In this document: positions 39,082 to 48,460 of the stretch, piece after piece
How the letters are laid out: every line of letters begins with the position of its first letter
How positions within the stretch are numbered: position 1 is the first letter of the stretch
From: an uncultured Chloroflexia bacterium
GTDB lineage: Bacteria; Chloroflexota; Anaerolineae; JAAYZQ01
Length of the DNA: 64,000 nucleotides
Reading direction: 5' to 3'
Assembly: GCA_963700285.1 (NCBI GenBank)
Contig: CAVOXA010000005.1
Span: 64,001 to 128,000, forward strand
Notes under the pieces: generated by a model
What the model was told of the DNA's origin: nothing
Database searches by the model: none
What the model saw: the letters and a program-made list of their open reading frames with translations, nothing else
Made by a program: the position numbers and the translations under genes

Positions 39082-39891
39082 GTGGATGTACTATCGCCAG
39101 AGCGAATCCGGGCTGGCCTTACCACAACCGTGGTCGGCCGGCAGTTGGTCTATCTGCCTGAAACCGGTTCGACCAACGATGAAGCGCGGCATCTGGCTCA
39201 ATCGGGCGCTGCCGATGGTTCGCTGGTCATTGCTGACTACCAGACGGCTGGCAGGGGCCGGCTCCAGCGTAGCTGGGTCGCACCGCCTGGGAGCAGCTTG
39301 CTCATGTCACTGCTCTTGCGCCCACAACTACCACCTTTCCAAGCCCAGCGACTGACCATGATCTGTGGATTGGCCGTCTGTGATGCTGTCGAAGCGCAGA
39401 CTGGCCTACAGATGGCCCTGAAGTGGCCGAATGATCTTGTGGTTGGCGGCGCCAAGGCAGGCGGTATACTCACCGAAATCGAGGTCATGGGCCAGCAGCT
39501 CGCATATGGGATCGTAGGCATCGGTCTCAATGTCGATTTGGATCCCTCTCAGCTTCCCAATGATCTGCTGGCAAGAGCCACGAGTCTTTCTAACGAGATC
39601 GGACGGTCCGTGCCTCGCCTGCCGTTGCTCTGGGCCTTTTTGCAGGCCCTTGAGGGCCGCTATTTCGCACTGAAAGCAGGCCATTCTCCCCATGTTGAAT
39701 GGTCTGAGAAGCTGTCTACCCTGGGCCAGCATGTCACCGTTTCTGGAGGTAGCGAGGTTCTGGAGGGCGTGGCCGAAGGTGTGGATAGCAATGGCGCCCT
39801 GTTGGTCCGCTTGGGTAGTGGCCGCCTGGAGACGGTCCTGGCGGGCGATGTCACGCTGCGATTTGGCCAAACGGGGCCGGATCTGCTATAA
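39082..39891 (+). CDS. birA: Biotin-protein ligase (no HTH)
   Basis: GSTND, QTAGRGR, LKWPND, KAGGILTE and GIGLNV motifs; start approximate. Confidence 0.92.
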   Translation: MDVLSPERIRAGLTTTVVGRQLVYLPETGSTNDEARHLAQSGAADGSLVIADYQTAGRGRLQRSWVAPPGSSLLMSLLLRPQLPPFQAQRLTMICGLAVCDAVEAQTGLQMALKWPNDLVVGGAKAGGILTEIEVMGQQLAYGIVGIGLNVDLDPSQLPNDLLARATSLSNEIGRSVPRLPLLWAFLQALEGRYFALKAGHSPHVEWSEKLSTLGQHVTVSGGSEVLEGVAEGVDSNGALLVRLGSGRLETVLAGDVTLRFGQTGPDLL

Positions 39892-39954
39892 TACGCGCCG
39901 CTGCCCGGAGAAACTCGAGGATCTATGGGATCAGCCGAGATTCGGAAAGGAACC

Positions 39955-40587
39955 ATGAAACCACCGACAAAGAGCTTGGCAATCGTGGGCTTTTTGCAGC
40001 GAGAGGTTAACGCAGCACTGCGGCTGAGCCCTTGGGTACTGGCCACACTCCTCTTGGCTGCTCTGTTGTGGCATCCAGAATTGGCTGCCACAGGTGGGCT
40101 ATTCCAGTCGCCGCAGGATACGCCAACACCTACACCGATACCGGCGCCAACACTGGCTCCAACTGCGACCACAGAAATCTTCCCGTCGGCCACGGCAGAA
40201 GCGCCAGTGCCTGCCGCCACCGAGACGGCTGAGGCGCCGCCAGCGCCACCCACCGAGACGCCAGTCCTGGCCGTCACGGCGACCCTGGTACCGACCAACT
40301 CCCCGACACCCACCGCCGTTCCCACGGAAACGCCTGTGATTCCGACGGCGACGCTGGCTCCGGTGCTAGCAACCAGTACACCTATTTCGCTCGAGCAGGA
40401 TGGCACGGAGCGGTATCCTGAAGAGGATTCGAACCTCCTATTCAACTGGACGATGCTTTTTGATTCCGTGGCACTGGGCCTGTCCTACGTCTGGCTATGC
40501 TGTGGGGTGCTGGTGCTTGTGGGTGTTCCCATATTCTTTGTCGCCCTGTGGGTTGCAGGCAGACGCCGCCAGCAGGGGGAAGAATAG
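39955..40587 (+). CDS. Pro/Thr/Ala-rich membrane protein
   Basis: TM helix, long PT-rich linker, C-terminal TM with WLCCG and basic tail. Confidence 0.7.
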   Translation: MKPPTKSLAIVGFLQREVNAALRLSPWVLATLLLAALLWHPELAATGGLFQSPQDTPTPTPIPAPTLAPTATTEIFPSATAEAPVPAATETAEAPPAPPTETPVLAVTATLVPTNSPTPTAVPTETPVIPTATLAPVLATSTPISLEQDGTERYPEEDSNLLFNWTMLFDSVALGLSYVWLCCGVLVLVGVPIFFVALWVAGRRRQQGEE

Positions 40588-40604
40588 ACCTCAGTGGTGA
40601 AGCG

Positions 40605-42224
40605 GTGAACGATACCGGCGCGGGTGCCCTGGCAAGCAAGGCCCCGCGCCGTTTCATTGACGGCGATTTTACCTTGGATAAGCGGAAGCTTCCCTGGGTG
40701 GTTCTGGGACTGGCCCTGCTAGCCTTTGCGCTGCGGGTCATCGGTCTCGAGTTCCAGAGCTTGTGGCGGGACGAAGTGGATGCCATCCGGTTCGCCAGCC
40801 GGCCAATGCTCGACTTGTTGGGGACCCTTACTGCACCCGCTGAAAATGGCCCTCTTTTCTACTTATTGTTGCGTTGGTGGTTGCGCCTGGCTGGGCAGAG
40901 CGAGTTTGGCCTCCGTTTCTTTTCCGTATTCTTTGGTGTATTGACCATCCCCCTGATCTACAATTTGGCACGGCGGCTGTTTCCGTCGCTGCCTGGCGTT
41001 GCCCTGGTGGCCGCGCTCCTGGCATCCACCTCCCCCTATTTGGTCTGGTACAGCCAGGAAGGCAAGATGTACGCCTTGGTGGTCACTCTGATTCTAGTGT
41101 CAATGGACCGCTACCTTGCTGCCCTGGAGGACGGGGGATGGTTTCGCTGGCTGGCCTACTTGGTCGCTACCGCTTTGGCCCTGTACGTGCATGTGCTTGC
41201 AGCACTCATGATTCCTGTGCAAGTGGTCGTCTTTTTTCTCCAGGAACGCGGGGTTCGAAAGGCCCGCTGGCGACCCTGGCTTGTGAGTCTACTGATAATG
41301 GCATTGCCTTACTTGCCGCTTCTGGCGTGGCAGGTGCCGCTTATGCTAACACCCGCCCAGACAGGTTTCCGTTTTGTTGCACTGCACGAGATGCTCCTGT
41401 CGCTCTGGGGCAGCTATAGCTTCGGGATAGCCCAAAACGCTGGTCTTTGGATAGGAGTTGGTTTTGTGGGCGCATTGGTTGGCTCCTTCCAGCTCTGGCC
41501 CTTGGACAAACGCGGGCGTGTGTCTCTGGGCGCCCTGGCCTGCTGGCTATTCTTGCCAGTTCTCTTGCTCTTCCTGATCACGTTGGTACGGCCTCTCTAC
41601 ACGGCCAGATATCTTGTCTTTGTTCTGCCAGCATACCTCCTGCTGTTGGCAGCGGGTGTCGTGGCCATTGGACGGCGGACGCACCTGCTGGCTGGGGTCC
41701 TGCTGATCGCCCTGCTTGCTGTGAGCGGCCGGGGGCTTTGGCTTCAGTCCCGAAGCCAGATCAAGGCCGACTTTCGATCAGCGACGGCGTACGTGTTGAA
41801 CAATGCCGGGCCCGACGATCTGCTCCTGTTCCAGATTCCATACGGACGGTACTCTTTTGACTACTATGTACAGCGGCTGGCCATGCCGCAGACCGTCCGG
41901 CATCAGACTGACGGGAATCTCGCTCTCCATGGCGGCGCGGCCCATCGGGCCTACATCCCGCTGCTGGCGGGAAGGGCTGGGTCGGCATACCAGTGGGCCG
42001 AAGGACTGTATACCAACGCCGGGATGTCTGAGAGCGAAGCAGACAGGCGCATGGCAGAGATGGCTGGCCGCAGCCCTGTCGTGTGGCTGCTATCCAGCGA
42101 GTCAGCCATGTGGGATGAACGGGGTCTGGTTGAAGGCTGGCTTGACCAACATGGGGACCTGACTGACACGGTGCACTATGTCCGGGTTTCGGTATACCGC
42201 TACGAGCTTGCCCAAAACCAATGA
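40605..42224 (+). CDS. GT-C membrane glycosyltransferase (PMT/ArnT-like)
   Basis: SLWRDE, PLFYLLL, LRFFS and YSQEGKMY motifs; many TM helices. Confidence 0.85.
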   Translation: MNDTGAGALASKAPRRFIDGDFTLDKRKLPWVVLGLALLAFALRVIGLEFQSLWRDEVDAIRFASRPMLDLLGTLTAPAENGPLFYLLLRWWLRLAGQSEFGLRFFSVFFGVLTIPLIYNLARRLFPSLPGVALVAALLASTSPYLVWYSQEGKMYALVVTLILVSMDRYLAALEDGGWFRWLAYLVATALALYVHVLAALMIPVQVVVFFLQERGVRKARWRPWLVSLLIMALPYLPLLAWQVPLMLTPAQTGFRFVALHEMLLSLWGSYSFGIAQNAGLWIGVGFVGALVGSFQLWPLDKRGRVSLGALACWLFLPVLLLFLITLVRPLYTARYLVFVLPAYLLLLAAGVVAIGRRTHLLAGVLLIALLAVSGRGLWLQSRSQIKADFRSATAYVLNNAGPDDLLLFQIPYGRYSFDYYVQRLAMPQTVRHQTDGNLALHGGAAHRAYIPLLAGRAGSAYQWAEGLYTNAGMSESEADRRMAEMAGRSPVVWLLSSESAMWDERGLVEGWLDQHGDLTDTVHYVRVSVYRYELAQNQ

Positions 42225-42236
42225 TCCTGCGGCGAC

Positions 42237-42265
42237 TTGACAAAGCCTGGATTTCATGTTATCCT
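42237..42265 (+). promoter_or_regulatory. Sigma70 promoter of the Prx-Grx gene
   Basis: TTGACA-17 bp-TATCCT with extended TG; AGGAGG at 42293-42298. Confidence 0.7.
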
Positions 42266-42304
42266 CCACGAAATTTACGAAAATAGACGAGAAGGAGGTA
42301 GGGT

Positions 42305-43069
42305 ATGAAGATCCAAGTTGGTGAGGAGGCCCCTTCTTTCGAGCTGAAGAGCCACCTGCAAGACACGGTCAGACTAGACGAGTACCGGGGCAAGCACAAC
42401 GTGCTGATTGTATTCTTTCCCTGGGCCTGGACCCCCGTTTGAACGAACCAGATGCCTTCGTATGAACTTGACCTGTTCAAGTTCGAGGGCTACAATACCC
42501 AGGTCCTGGGTATCAGCATTGATCATGTTCACACTCTGAGGGCATGGGCCGAGAGCCTTGGGGGCATCAGCTACCCACTGTTGAGCGATTTCTGGCCACA
42601 TGGCGAGATGGCGCGCAAGTATGGCGTGTTCCGGGAGGACGGAAGGAGCGAACGCGCCCTGTTCATCGTCGATAAGGAAGGCATCGTCCGCTACATAGAC
42701 GTCCACGATATCGATGAGCAGCCGGACAATGAGGAGGTGTTCAAGGTTCTGCGCCAACTGGAACCCGATGCCGTCGTTCAAGAGCCGGTAGAAACAGGGG
42801 TAGCCGAAGCGGGGCCAAGTCCAGCAAGTTCTCAGAGCGTGGTGTTGTATTGCCGGCCCGGCTGTATTGACTGTCGCCTCTCCCGGCGTTTTTTGGAGCG
42901 AAACGGGATAGCCTACACCGAGGTCAACGTCCGCGCCGACGCAGAGGCAGAAGCACGGGTTCTGGAGTGGACTGGCGGCCAGCTTGTCTCGCCGGTATTT
43001 GACATCGGCGGCACCATCGTGATTGATTTCAAACGATCTGAGTTGATGCGGGTACTTGGCCTGGACTAG
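42305..43069 (+). CDS. Selenocysteine peroxiredoxin (AhpE/BCP-like) fused to a glutaredoxin/NrdH domain; TGA 42440-42442 read as Sec
   Basis: MKIQVGEEAPSFELK...FFPWAWTPV-TGA-TNQM is in frame with ORF 42452; LLSDF, ERALFIVD; C-terminal CIDC. Confidence 0.88.
42454..42490 (+). promoter_or_regulatory. Bacterial SECIS-like hairpin
   Basis: GCCTTC/GAGGGC lower stem, GAACTTGA/TCAAGTTC upper stem, loop CCTGT; starts 11 nt after TGA. Confidence 0.65.
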
Positions 43070-43287
43070 GTCGCCGCGCAACTGTAGATAGCAGCCTATG
43101 CAACTCTGGGTCATCTGCCCAGAGTTGCTTGGTTGTGTGGGCCCTGGTTGGCCTGCGGACTTGTCGCAGGGCCATCGATCCGGCCCCCCTCGCGGCAGCG
43201 CGTAGCGAGTTTGCCAGATTCGCCAATCAGGGCTATAATAGCCAGGTCCTTAGGAAAAAGATCAAATCGGCAGGTTACGGCGATATT

Positions 43288-44367
43288 ATGCGAGAAATCA
43301 CTGACTCTCAATCGAAGGGAACCGAGAACGAGATTCCAGGCGGTAGAGCAGCGAGCCGCCCAGGCCGGCTCTTGATCACCTTGATGGTCGTTCTCCTGCT
43401 GTTGCCTGTGTTGGCAGCCTGTGGTAAGGACGGGGAAACGGAGGAATCGGGTGATTCGGGTGAAGTGGCGACGCTGCCTGCCGCCGAGGAGCGGAGGGCA
43501 ACGCCGTCGCCCATCTCCGTGATCGATGCGACGGCCACTGTGGCGCCGACGGCTACGCCGACCGTTGGCCCACCCCCCGCTCCCCTTGCTGCGATGGTCA
43601 ACGGCCGGTACATCTTTTTGGAGGACTATGAGCATCTGTTGGCCCTCTATGAGCAGGCGATTCAGGAGCAAGGCATCGACCTGGATTCGGAGGAGGGGCA
43701 GGCTGAACTAGCTCTGGTACGCATCGATGCGCTCGAGGCGCTGATCGATTCCGAGTTGATGCGCGAAGAGGGCGAGGCGCTGGGGCTGACGCTGAGCGAA
43801 GAGGAAATAGAGGCCCAGGTCGAGATTGATATCGACGACGGGGGCGGACAGCAAGCCTTTGACGAATGGTTGGCGGCTACTGGGCAGACTCGCGCTGACT
43901 ATACGGAAATGCTGCGCGACTTGCTGCTGTCGGAGCGCATTCTGGAGCTTGTCGCTGCCGACTTGCCAATGGTGGCAGACCAGGTCCACATTCGGCACAT
44001 TGCAGTAAGCAGCGAGGCTGAGGCCCAGGAGATCTTGGCACAGATCCAGCAGGGGGCTGATTTTACAGAACTGGCTCGCTCATGGTCGGTAGACACGATG
44101 ACCAAGGATGAAGGTGGCGATCTGGGTTGGATCCCGGCCGGCATCGTGGATCCGGAACTGGAACGTGCGGCCTTTGCCTTGCAGGTGGGCGAAACCAGCG
44201 GGGCTATCCAGCTTGGAGACGGATATCACGTTATACAGGTGGTGGGGCGAGAAGCCGACCGTCCAGTGTCACCGGATCTCCAGATAGACCTTGAGATGGC
44301 CGCATTTGAGCAGTGGCTCAAAGATCTGCGTGCCGCTGCCGTGATCGAGCGGTTTGTAGGCGAATAG
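43288..44367 (+). CDS. SurA/PrsA-like parvulin foldase lipoprotein
   Basis: LAAC lipobox, VHIRHI, FTELARSWSVD, GGDLGW, GYHVI. Confidence 0.88.
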   Translation: MREITDSQSKGTENEIPGGRAASRPGRLLITLMVVLLLLPVLAACGKDGETEESGDSGEVATLPAAEERRATPSPISVIDATATVAPTATPTVGPPPAPLAAMVNGRYIFLEDYEHLLALYEQAIQEQGIDLDSEEGQAELALVRIDALEALIDSELMREEGEALGLTLSEEEIEAQVEIDIDDGGGQQAFDEWLAATGQTRADYTEMLRDLLLSERILELVAADLPMVADQVHIRHIAVSSEAEAQEILAQIQQGADFTELARSWSVDTMTKDEGGDLGWIPAGIVDPELERAAFALQVGETSGAIQLGDGYHVIQVVGREADRPVSPDLQIDLEMAAFEQWLKDLRAAAVIERFVGE

Positions 44368-44413
44368 ACAAAGTTATGATTGTCTGGTACACTGTGCCGC
44401 GATTGGAGGTGGA

Positions 44414-45739
44414 ATGCGCTCAGAGCAGATGAGATGGCCTTGGCTCCTATTGGCGTTCGTCGCGCTGTTTGTGGTGGTGTCGGTGGCGTCTGGAGCCGCT
44501 TTCCTATTTCTCCGTCAACGACAGAGGGCGAATGCGGATTGGCGTGAGCCGGTCGCCGCCGTTGTGCCAGAGAACATTGTGCCTGACCTAGCTCTTTACC
44601 CCCTGGCGGGCGCTTCGGACGTGGAGACGCTCGACGCGGCCATTGCGAATGGCGATCTGGAAACCGCCTATGCTTCGCTGGTCTACAACCCACAAATGCA
44701 GGATGAACAGCGCGTTGGCCGCCTTATCTTGCTGGGCCGTCGCTTCACGGATGCAGGTACACTGGAGAAGGCAGATCTCAGCTATCAGCAGATCTATGAG
44801 ATAGCCGTGCTTAGTCCAGGGTTGAGTGATCCGACGAGAGCGGATGCGCTTCTGGCCGCTGGAAAAGGATGGGCCGAAGTGGGGCGGGATGACCGGGCGA
44901 TGGATGCTTACGACCAGGTTTATCTGATTGCAGTCAAAAGTCCCTATCTCCACATGGCCCATCGTAGAGATCTGTTGACAGTGTTGGAGAAGGCTTATCT
45001 GGAACTCGAAGCTCCGGAGAAAGTGGAAGCCTCTCGCCAGCGGATCATTGAACTGGACCAGGGGATGCGGCCTCAGAGGCCAGCCGAGGCAGGGAAATCA
45101 CCCGAACTGGCCATAGACACGGAGGTGGTCTCCTCTCCCGAGGTTGGAATCCTCGAGGAAGCCCGGCGGCAAGCAGCCTACAACCTGCTTCAGGTGCTGG
45201 ACGGGCGCGAAATACAACCCGAGCTTGTGAGTGAACTTGCTCGGACGCTGCAAGTGGAGGATGCGGCCAAGCTGGCCCTGTACCGCCAAGAACTAGAGTC
45301 CACTACCCAACTAAGCAGGCGGATCGGTCTTCACTGGCAGATCATTGGCTGGTTGACGCTAAAGTACCGCGTGGCCATGCAGGGCTTTGGGCTGTCCCTT
45401 GTGCCCGAGTGGGAGGAGCAACGGGCTGATATCCAGTCCTCGTTGAGCAAAGCCTATGAGGATCTGTATTTCGACTATGAGGACCTGGTCACGGGTCTGC
45501 CAGATGCCACGCTGATAGGCCCCGGGAGCTACAAGGTGCGCCGGCAAGTGGTGCAGGCCGGGCGGCTGGGACTCTACCCCAACTATCCAGAAGATCAGAT
45601 GGCCGGCAAGCTGAGGGATATGGCCTCCAACCTCATCGGTGCTGGATACCTGGCTGATTTGTACGTCGATATGGAGGAGGGAACTGGGGCACTACGCTTT
45701 TTCCTCAGCCCAACAGACGAATATGGCCTTCATGAGTAA
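44414..45739 (+). CDS. Membrane-anchored helical-repeat (TPR-like) hypothetical protein
   Basis: N-terminal TM helix, 441-aa ORF with helical repeats. Confidence 0.65.
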   Translation: MRSEQMRWPWLLLAFVALFVVVSVASGAAFLFLRQRQRANADWREPVAAVVPENIVPDLALYPLAGASDVETLDAAIANGDLETAYASLVYNPQMQDEQRVGRLILLGRRFTDAGTLEKADLSYQQIYEIAVLSPGLSDPTRADALLAAGKGWAEVGRDDRAMDAYDQVYLIAVKSPYLHMAHRRDLLTVLEKAYLELEAPEKVEASRQRIIELDQGMRPQRPAEAGKSPELAIDTEVVSSPEVGILEEARRQAAYNLLQVLDGREIQPELVSELARTLQVEDAAKLALYRQELESTTQLSRRIGLHWQIIGWLTLKYRVAMQGFGLSLVPEWEEQRADIQSSLSKAYEDLYFDYEDLVTGLPDATLIGPGSYKVRRQVVQAGRLGLYPNYPEDQMAGKLRDMASNLIGAGYLADLYVDMEEGTGALRFFLSPTDEYGLHE

Positions 45740-45775
45740 GTACCAGAGAAAACTGGGCATGAACCGGAGGGAACT

Positions 45776-46552
45776 TTGTTAAAGCTCGCAATCACCGGCA
45801 AGGGAGGCGTGGGCAAGACTACCTTGGCTGCGCTGCTCTCCTATGTATTCGTGGAACAAGGACAGAAAGTATTGGCAATTGACGCCGATCCTGCCGCCGG
45901 CCTTGCTTCGGCTTGTGGCGTGCCACCCGAACAGGCGGCGGCCATCACTCCCGTTGCCGAGATGGAAGACCTGATCTACGAGAGGACCGGAGCAAAAAAG
46001 GGTGAGATCGGCGGCTTTTTCAAGCTCAACCCCCGCGTAGATGATATTCCAGAGCGCTTTGCGGTATCGGCCGATGGCATCCGCATCCTTTCCATGGGAA
46101 CGGTCACGGCGGGGGGGACCGGCTGCCTTTGCCCGGAGAACGCCTTGCTTCGCAGTCTGGTGACACACCTGCTACTGCGTCGCGATGAGGTCCTCATCCT
46201 TGATATGGAGGCGGGTGTGGAACACCTGGGGCGTGGTACAGCGCGTGCGGTAGATGCTTTCATCGTCGTTGTAGAACCCGGCCGGCGCAGCCTGCAAACG
46301 GCGCGCTCTATCTATGGCTTGGCCCAGGATCTGGGCATTGGGCGTGTCTATGTCGTAGGCAACAAGGTCGTCTCAGCGTCCGATGAGCTTTTTATCGCGG
46401 AGCAATTGCCCGACTTTCACGTGCTAGGCTTTCTGCCAGCGGACCGGCAGGCCATCGAGGCGGACCGAAGCGGCCGGGCCGTATTCGCCATGGCGCCGGA
46501 ACTTGTGGAGCGAGCGCGTATGATTGCCGCACGCTTGGAAAGGCCAGCGTAG
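45776..46552 (+). CDS. cooC: CooC/AcsF nickel-insertion ATPase
   Basis: GKGGVGKT, IDADP, GCLCPEN (CxC) and DMEAGVEHLGRG motifs. Confidence 0.9.
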   Translation: MLKLAITGKGGVGKTTLAALLSYVFVEQGQKVLAIDADPAAGLASACGVPPEQAAAITPVAEMEDLIYERTGAKKGEIGGFFKLNPRVDDIPERFAVSADGIRILSMGTVTAGGTGCLCPENALLRSLVTHLLLRRDEVLILDMEAGVEHLGRGTARAVDAFIVVVEPGRRSLQTARSIYGLAQDLGIGRVYVVGNKVVSASDELFIAEQLPDFHVLGFLPADRQAIEADRSGRAVFAMAPELVERARMIAARLERPA

Positions 46553-46682
46553 AGCGCGCTCAAGGGGCGTGGCACGGTGATGCTTGCCCACTTCAGTGCA
46601 AGACCGGGCAAGGACCCTTCATGAAAGAACTCCGCCTGCAGGACAGGCGAAGTTTGCTCTTGGGTGTGGGTGCTGATATGGG

Positions 46683-47099
46683 TCAGGCCTCCAGCACCTG
46701 TTCCAGTGGATAGGCTTGCATCACGCGCGTGGTCTGGCGGAAGTTCAGCTTTCTCCAAAAGTCCACATCCCCCGGGACAATGACTGCAATGCTAGTGGCC
46801 CCCCGTGTCTGGAAACGGCGGGTAATCTCCATTACCAGTGCCCGGCCGATGCCCTGGCGCTGGTGGTCGGGATGCACTGAAGCCAGATAGATGACCGCCC
46901 GAGAACCATCGTAGGTGCCCCGGATCATGCCAACGACCTGGTTCCCTTCCTCGGCAACCAGGAACTCGGCAGCCTGGCAGTCGCGCACGCGAGACATCGC
47001 GGAAGGCCCGTCGATATCGGGGTGACTGTATTGCTGATTGGCCTTGAGAATGTCGACCAGGCTTTCGACATCGGCCAACCGAAAATCCCGGATCTGCAT
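46683..47099 (-). CDS. GNAT N-acetyltransferase
   Basis: VHPDHQRQGIG acetyl-CoA motif; GGAGAGG RBS. Confidence 0.85.
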   Translation of the reverse strand: MQIRDFRLADVESLVDILKANQQYSHPDIDGPSAMSRVRDCQAAEFLVAEEGNQVVGMIRGTYDGSRAVIYLASVHPDHQRQGIGRALVMEITRRFQTRGATSIAVIVPGDVDFWRKLNFRQTTRVMQAYPLEQVLEA

Positions 47100-47261
47100 C
47101 GTCATCCTCTCCTGTGTTGCTGCCAGCTCGGCTTGTGCTTGGCCCTGTGCAACCGATACTCGAGCCCGGGGCAACTTGCCAGACGTGGCACCAGAGATCC
47201 CAATGGATATGCAAAGTGGGCGGGTGAGACGTAGAATCGCCTCGTTTGGGTTGATCTGTGG

Positions 47262-47646
47262 CTATACCTCGGCTGGTGGCTCTACCTCGATCTGGTCCTC
47301 TATCTGCAGGCTTATCATCAAATCTTCTTTCTGCTGGCCTGCAGCGGCCTTTCCTTCGCCCGCAGCCTCTTGTATTCGGCCCTGCCACTCGGAGGCTTTC
47401 TCTTTTGTCTGTGCTGAGAGCTGCGCTGCTTTGTCCTTGGCTTGCGTCCTCGTACTCCTTGGCCCGTTTGCGAGCCTCTGCGCTCATCTCGGCAGAGCGC
47501 TCCTGGAGTTCTATGCCCCTCTCACGGATCAGGGCTCGCGTCTCCTCGCCAGATTGGGGGGCAAAGAGGACTGCTGCCGCGGCGCCGACCAATGCGCCTA
47601 CGACAAAACCGGCAAAGAAATCCATACCGTAACTCTTGTCTGCCAT
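47262..47646 (-). CDS. YtxH-domain protein, frameshift near 47448
   Basis: FFAGFVVGALVGAAAAVLFAPQSGEETR; second frame ends EPPAEV*. Confidence 0.8.
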
Positions 47647-47703
47647 CGTCTCCAACTCCCTTTCTAAATGGTCGTGTTTTGCTCAGGTGTCAGTCCTGGC
47701 AAC

Positions 47704-48279
47704 TCAGGGCTGCTGATTGGATTGTCCAGAGTGCTGTGTGGGGCTCGCCGGCTGGCGTGTCACGACATCAGCTTCCTGCCCGATGGCCTGGGAGGGCGCT
47801 CTCTTGCTACCGGACCCTCCGAACAGTGTCCTGAACGCCTCTCGCACGCCAGAAACGTACCCAGCCACCTGGATCATCGGCGTAACGACGGCATCGCTGA
47901 CAAAGGTTGCAGTTCCCCGTACAGTGCCGGTGGTCTGGTTGATTGACTGCAGAATCGGTTGGATCTCGTCGCGCAAAAGGCTGGTGAGGCTCTGGAGTTG
48001 AAAGAGAAGAATCGCCAGAAGAACGCTCGTGATCATTGTGACCAGCGCAAGGACAATGATCGCCACGTCGCGGAGACCCGCGGTAAAAGCCGGGTGGGTC
48101 ATCAGGCCATAGAACAGAGCAATGATGATCACGACAAAGGTTAGAGCACCAAGACCGATGCCGACTTTTTGCCAAACACTCATGCCCTGCCCGGCGCCAG
48201 GGGCGGCTGGCTCCACCGATGTTGCTTCCGCTGCGGCTGGTTCATCTTGTACCTGACTAGGTTCCCGGATCTCTGCCAT
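47704..48279 (-). CDS. Membrane protein, YtxG/DUF948-like
   Basis: Two TM helices then EIQPILQSINQTT coiled region; upstream of the ytxH-like gene. Confidence 0.65.
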   Translation of the reverse strand: MAEIREPSQVQDEPAAAEATSVEPAAPGAGQGMSVWQKVGIGLGALTFVVIIIALFYGLMTHPAFTAGLRDVAIIVLALVTMITSVLLAILLFQLQSLTSLLRDEIQPILQSINQTTGTVRGTATFVSDAVVTPMIQVAGYVSGVREAFRTLFGGSGSKRAPSQAIGQEADVVTRQPASPTQHSGQSNQQP

Positions 48280-48460
48280 CCTTGCATGCTCCTGCTCTGG
48301 CTCGTCGTGATTGCCCCGCAATTTCGATACCAATCAATTATACCATATCTCTGGTGAAGGGTCAAAAGGTCGTCCGCCACGGGGGACTGTGCGCATCAGT
48401 CCGCTTGTCCAAGTTGCAGTCTATGTCGGGAGGGGCTATAATGCCCCGGAGGGAGTTGCC

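Noticed and set aside
42440-42442. TGA as a pseudogene stop or a genome-wide recoded codon
   Set aside because: It falls exactly on the catalytic Cys position with a downstream hairpin, and TGA terminates many other genes normally
46792-47655. 287-aa YtxH ORF overlapping the GNAT gene
   Set aside because: Read-through artefact of a frameshift; the real end is at 47262
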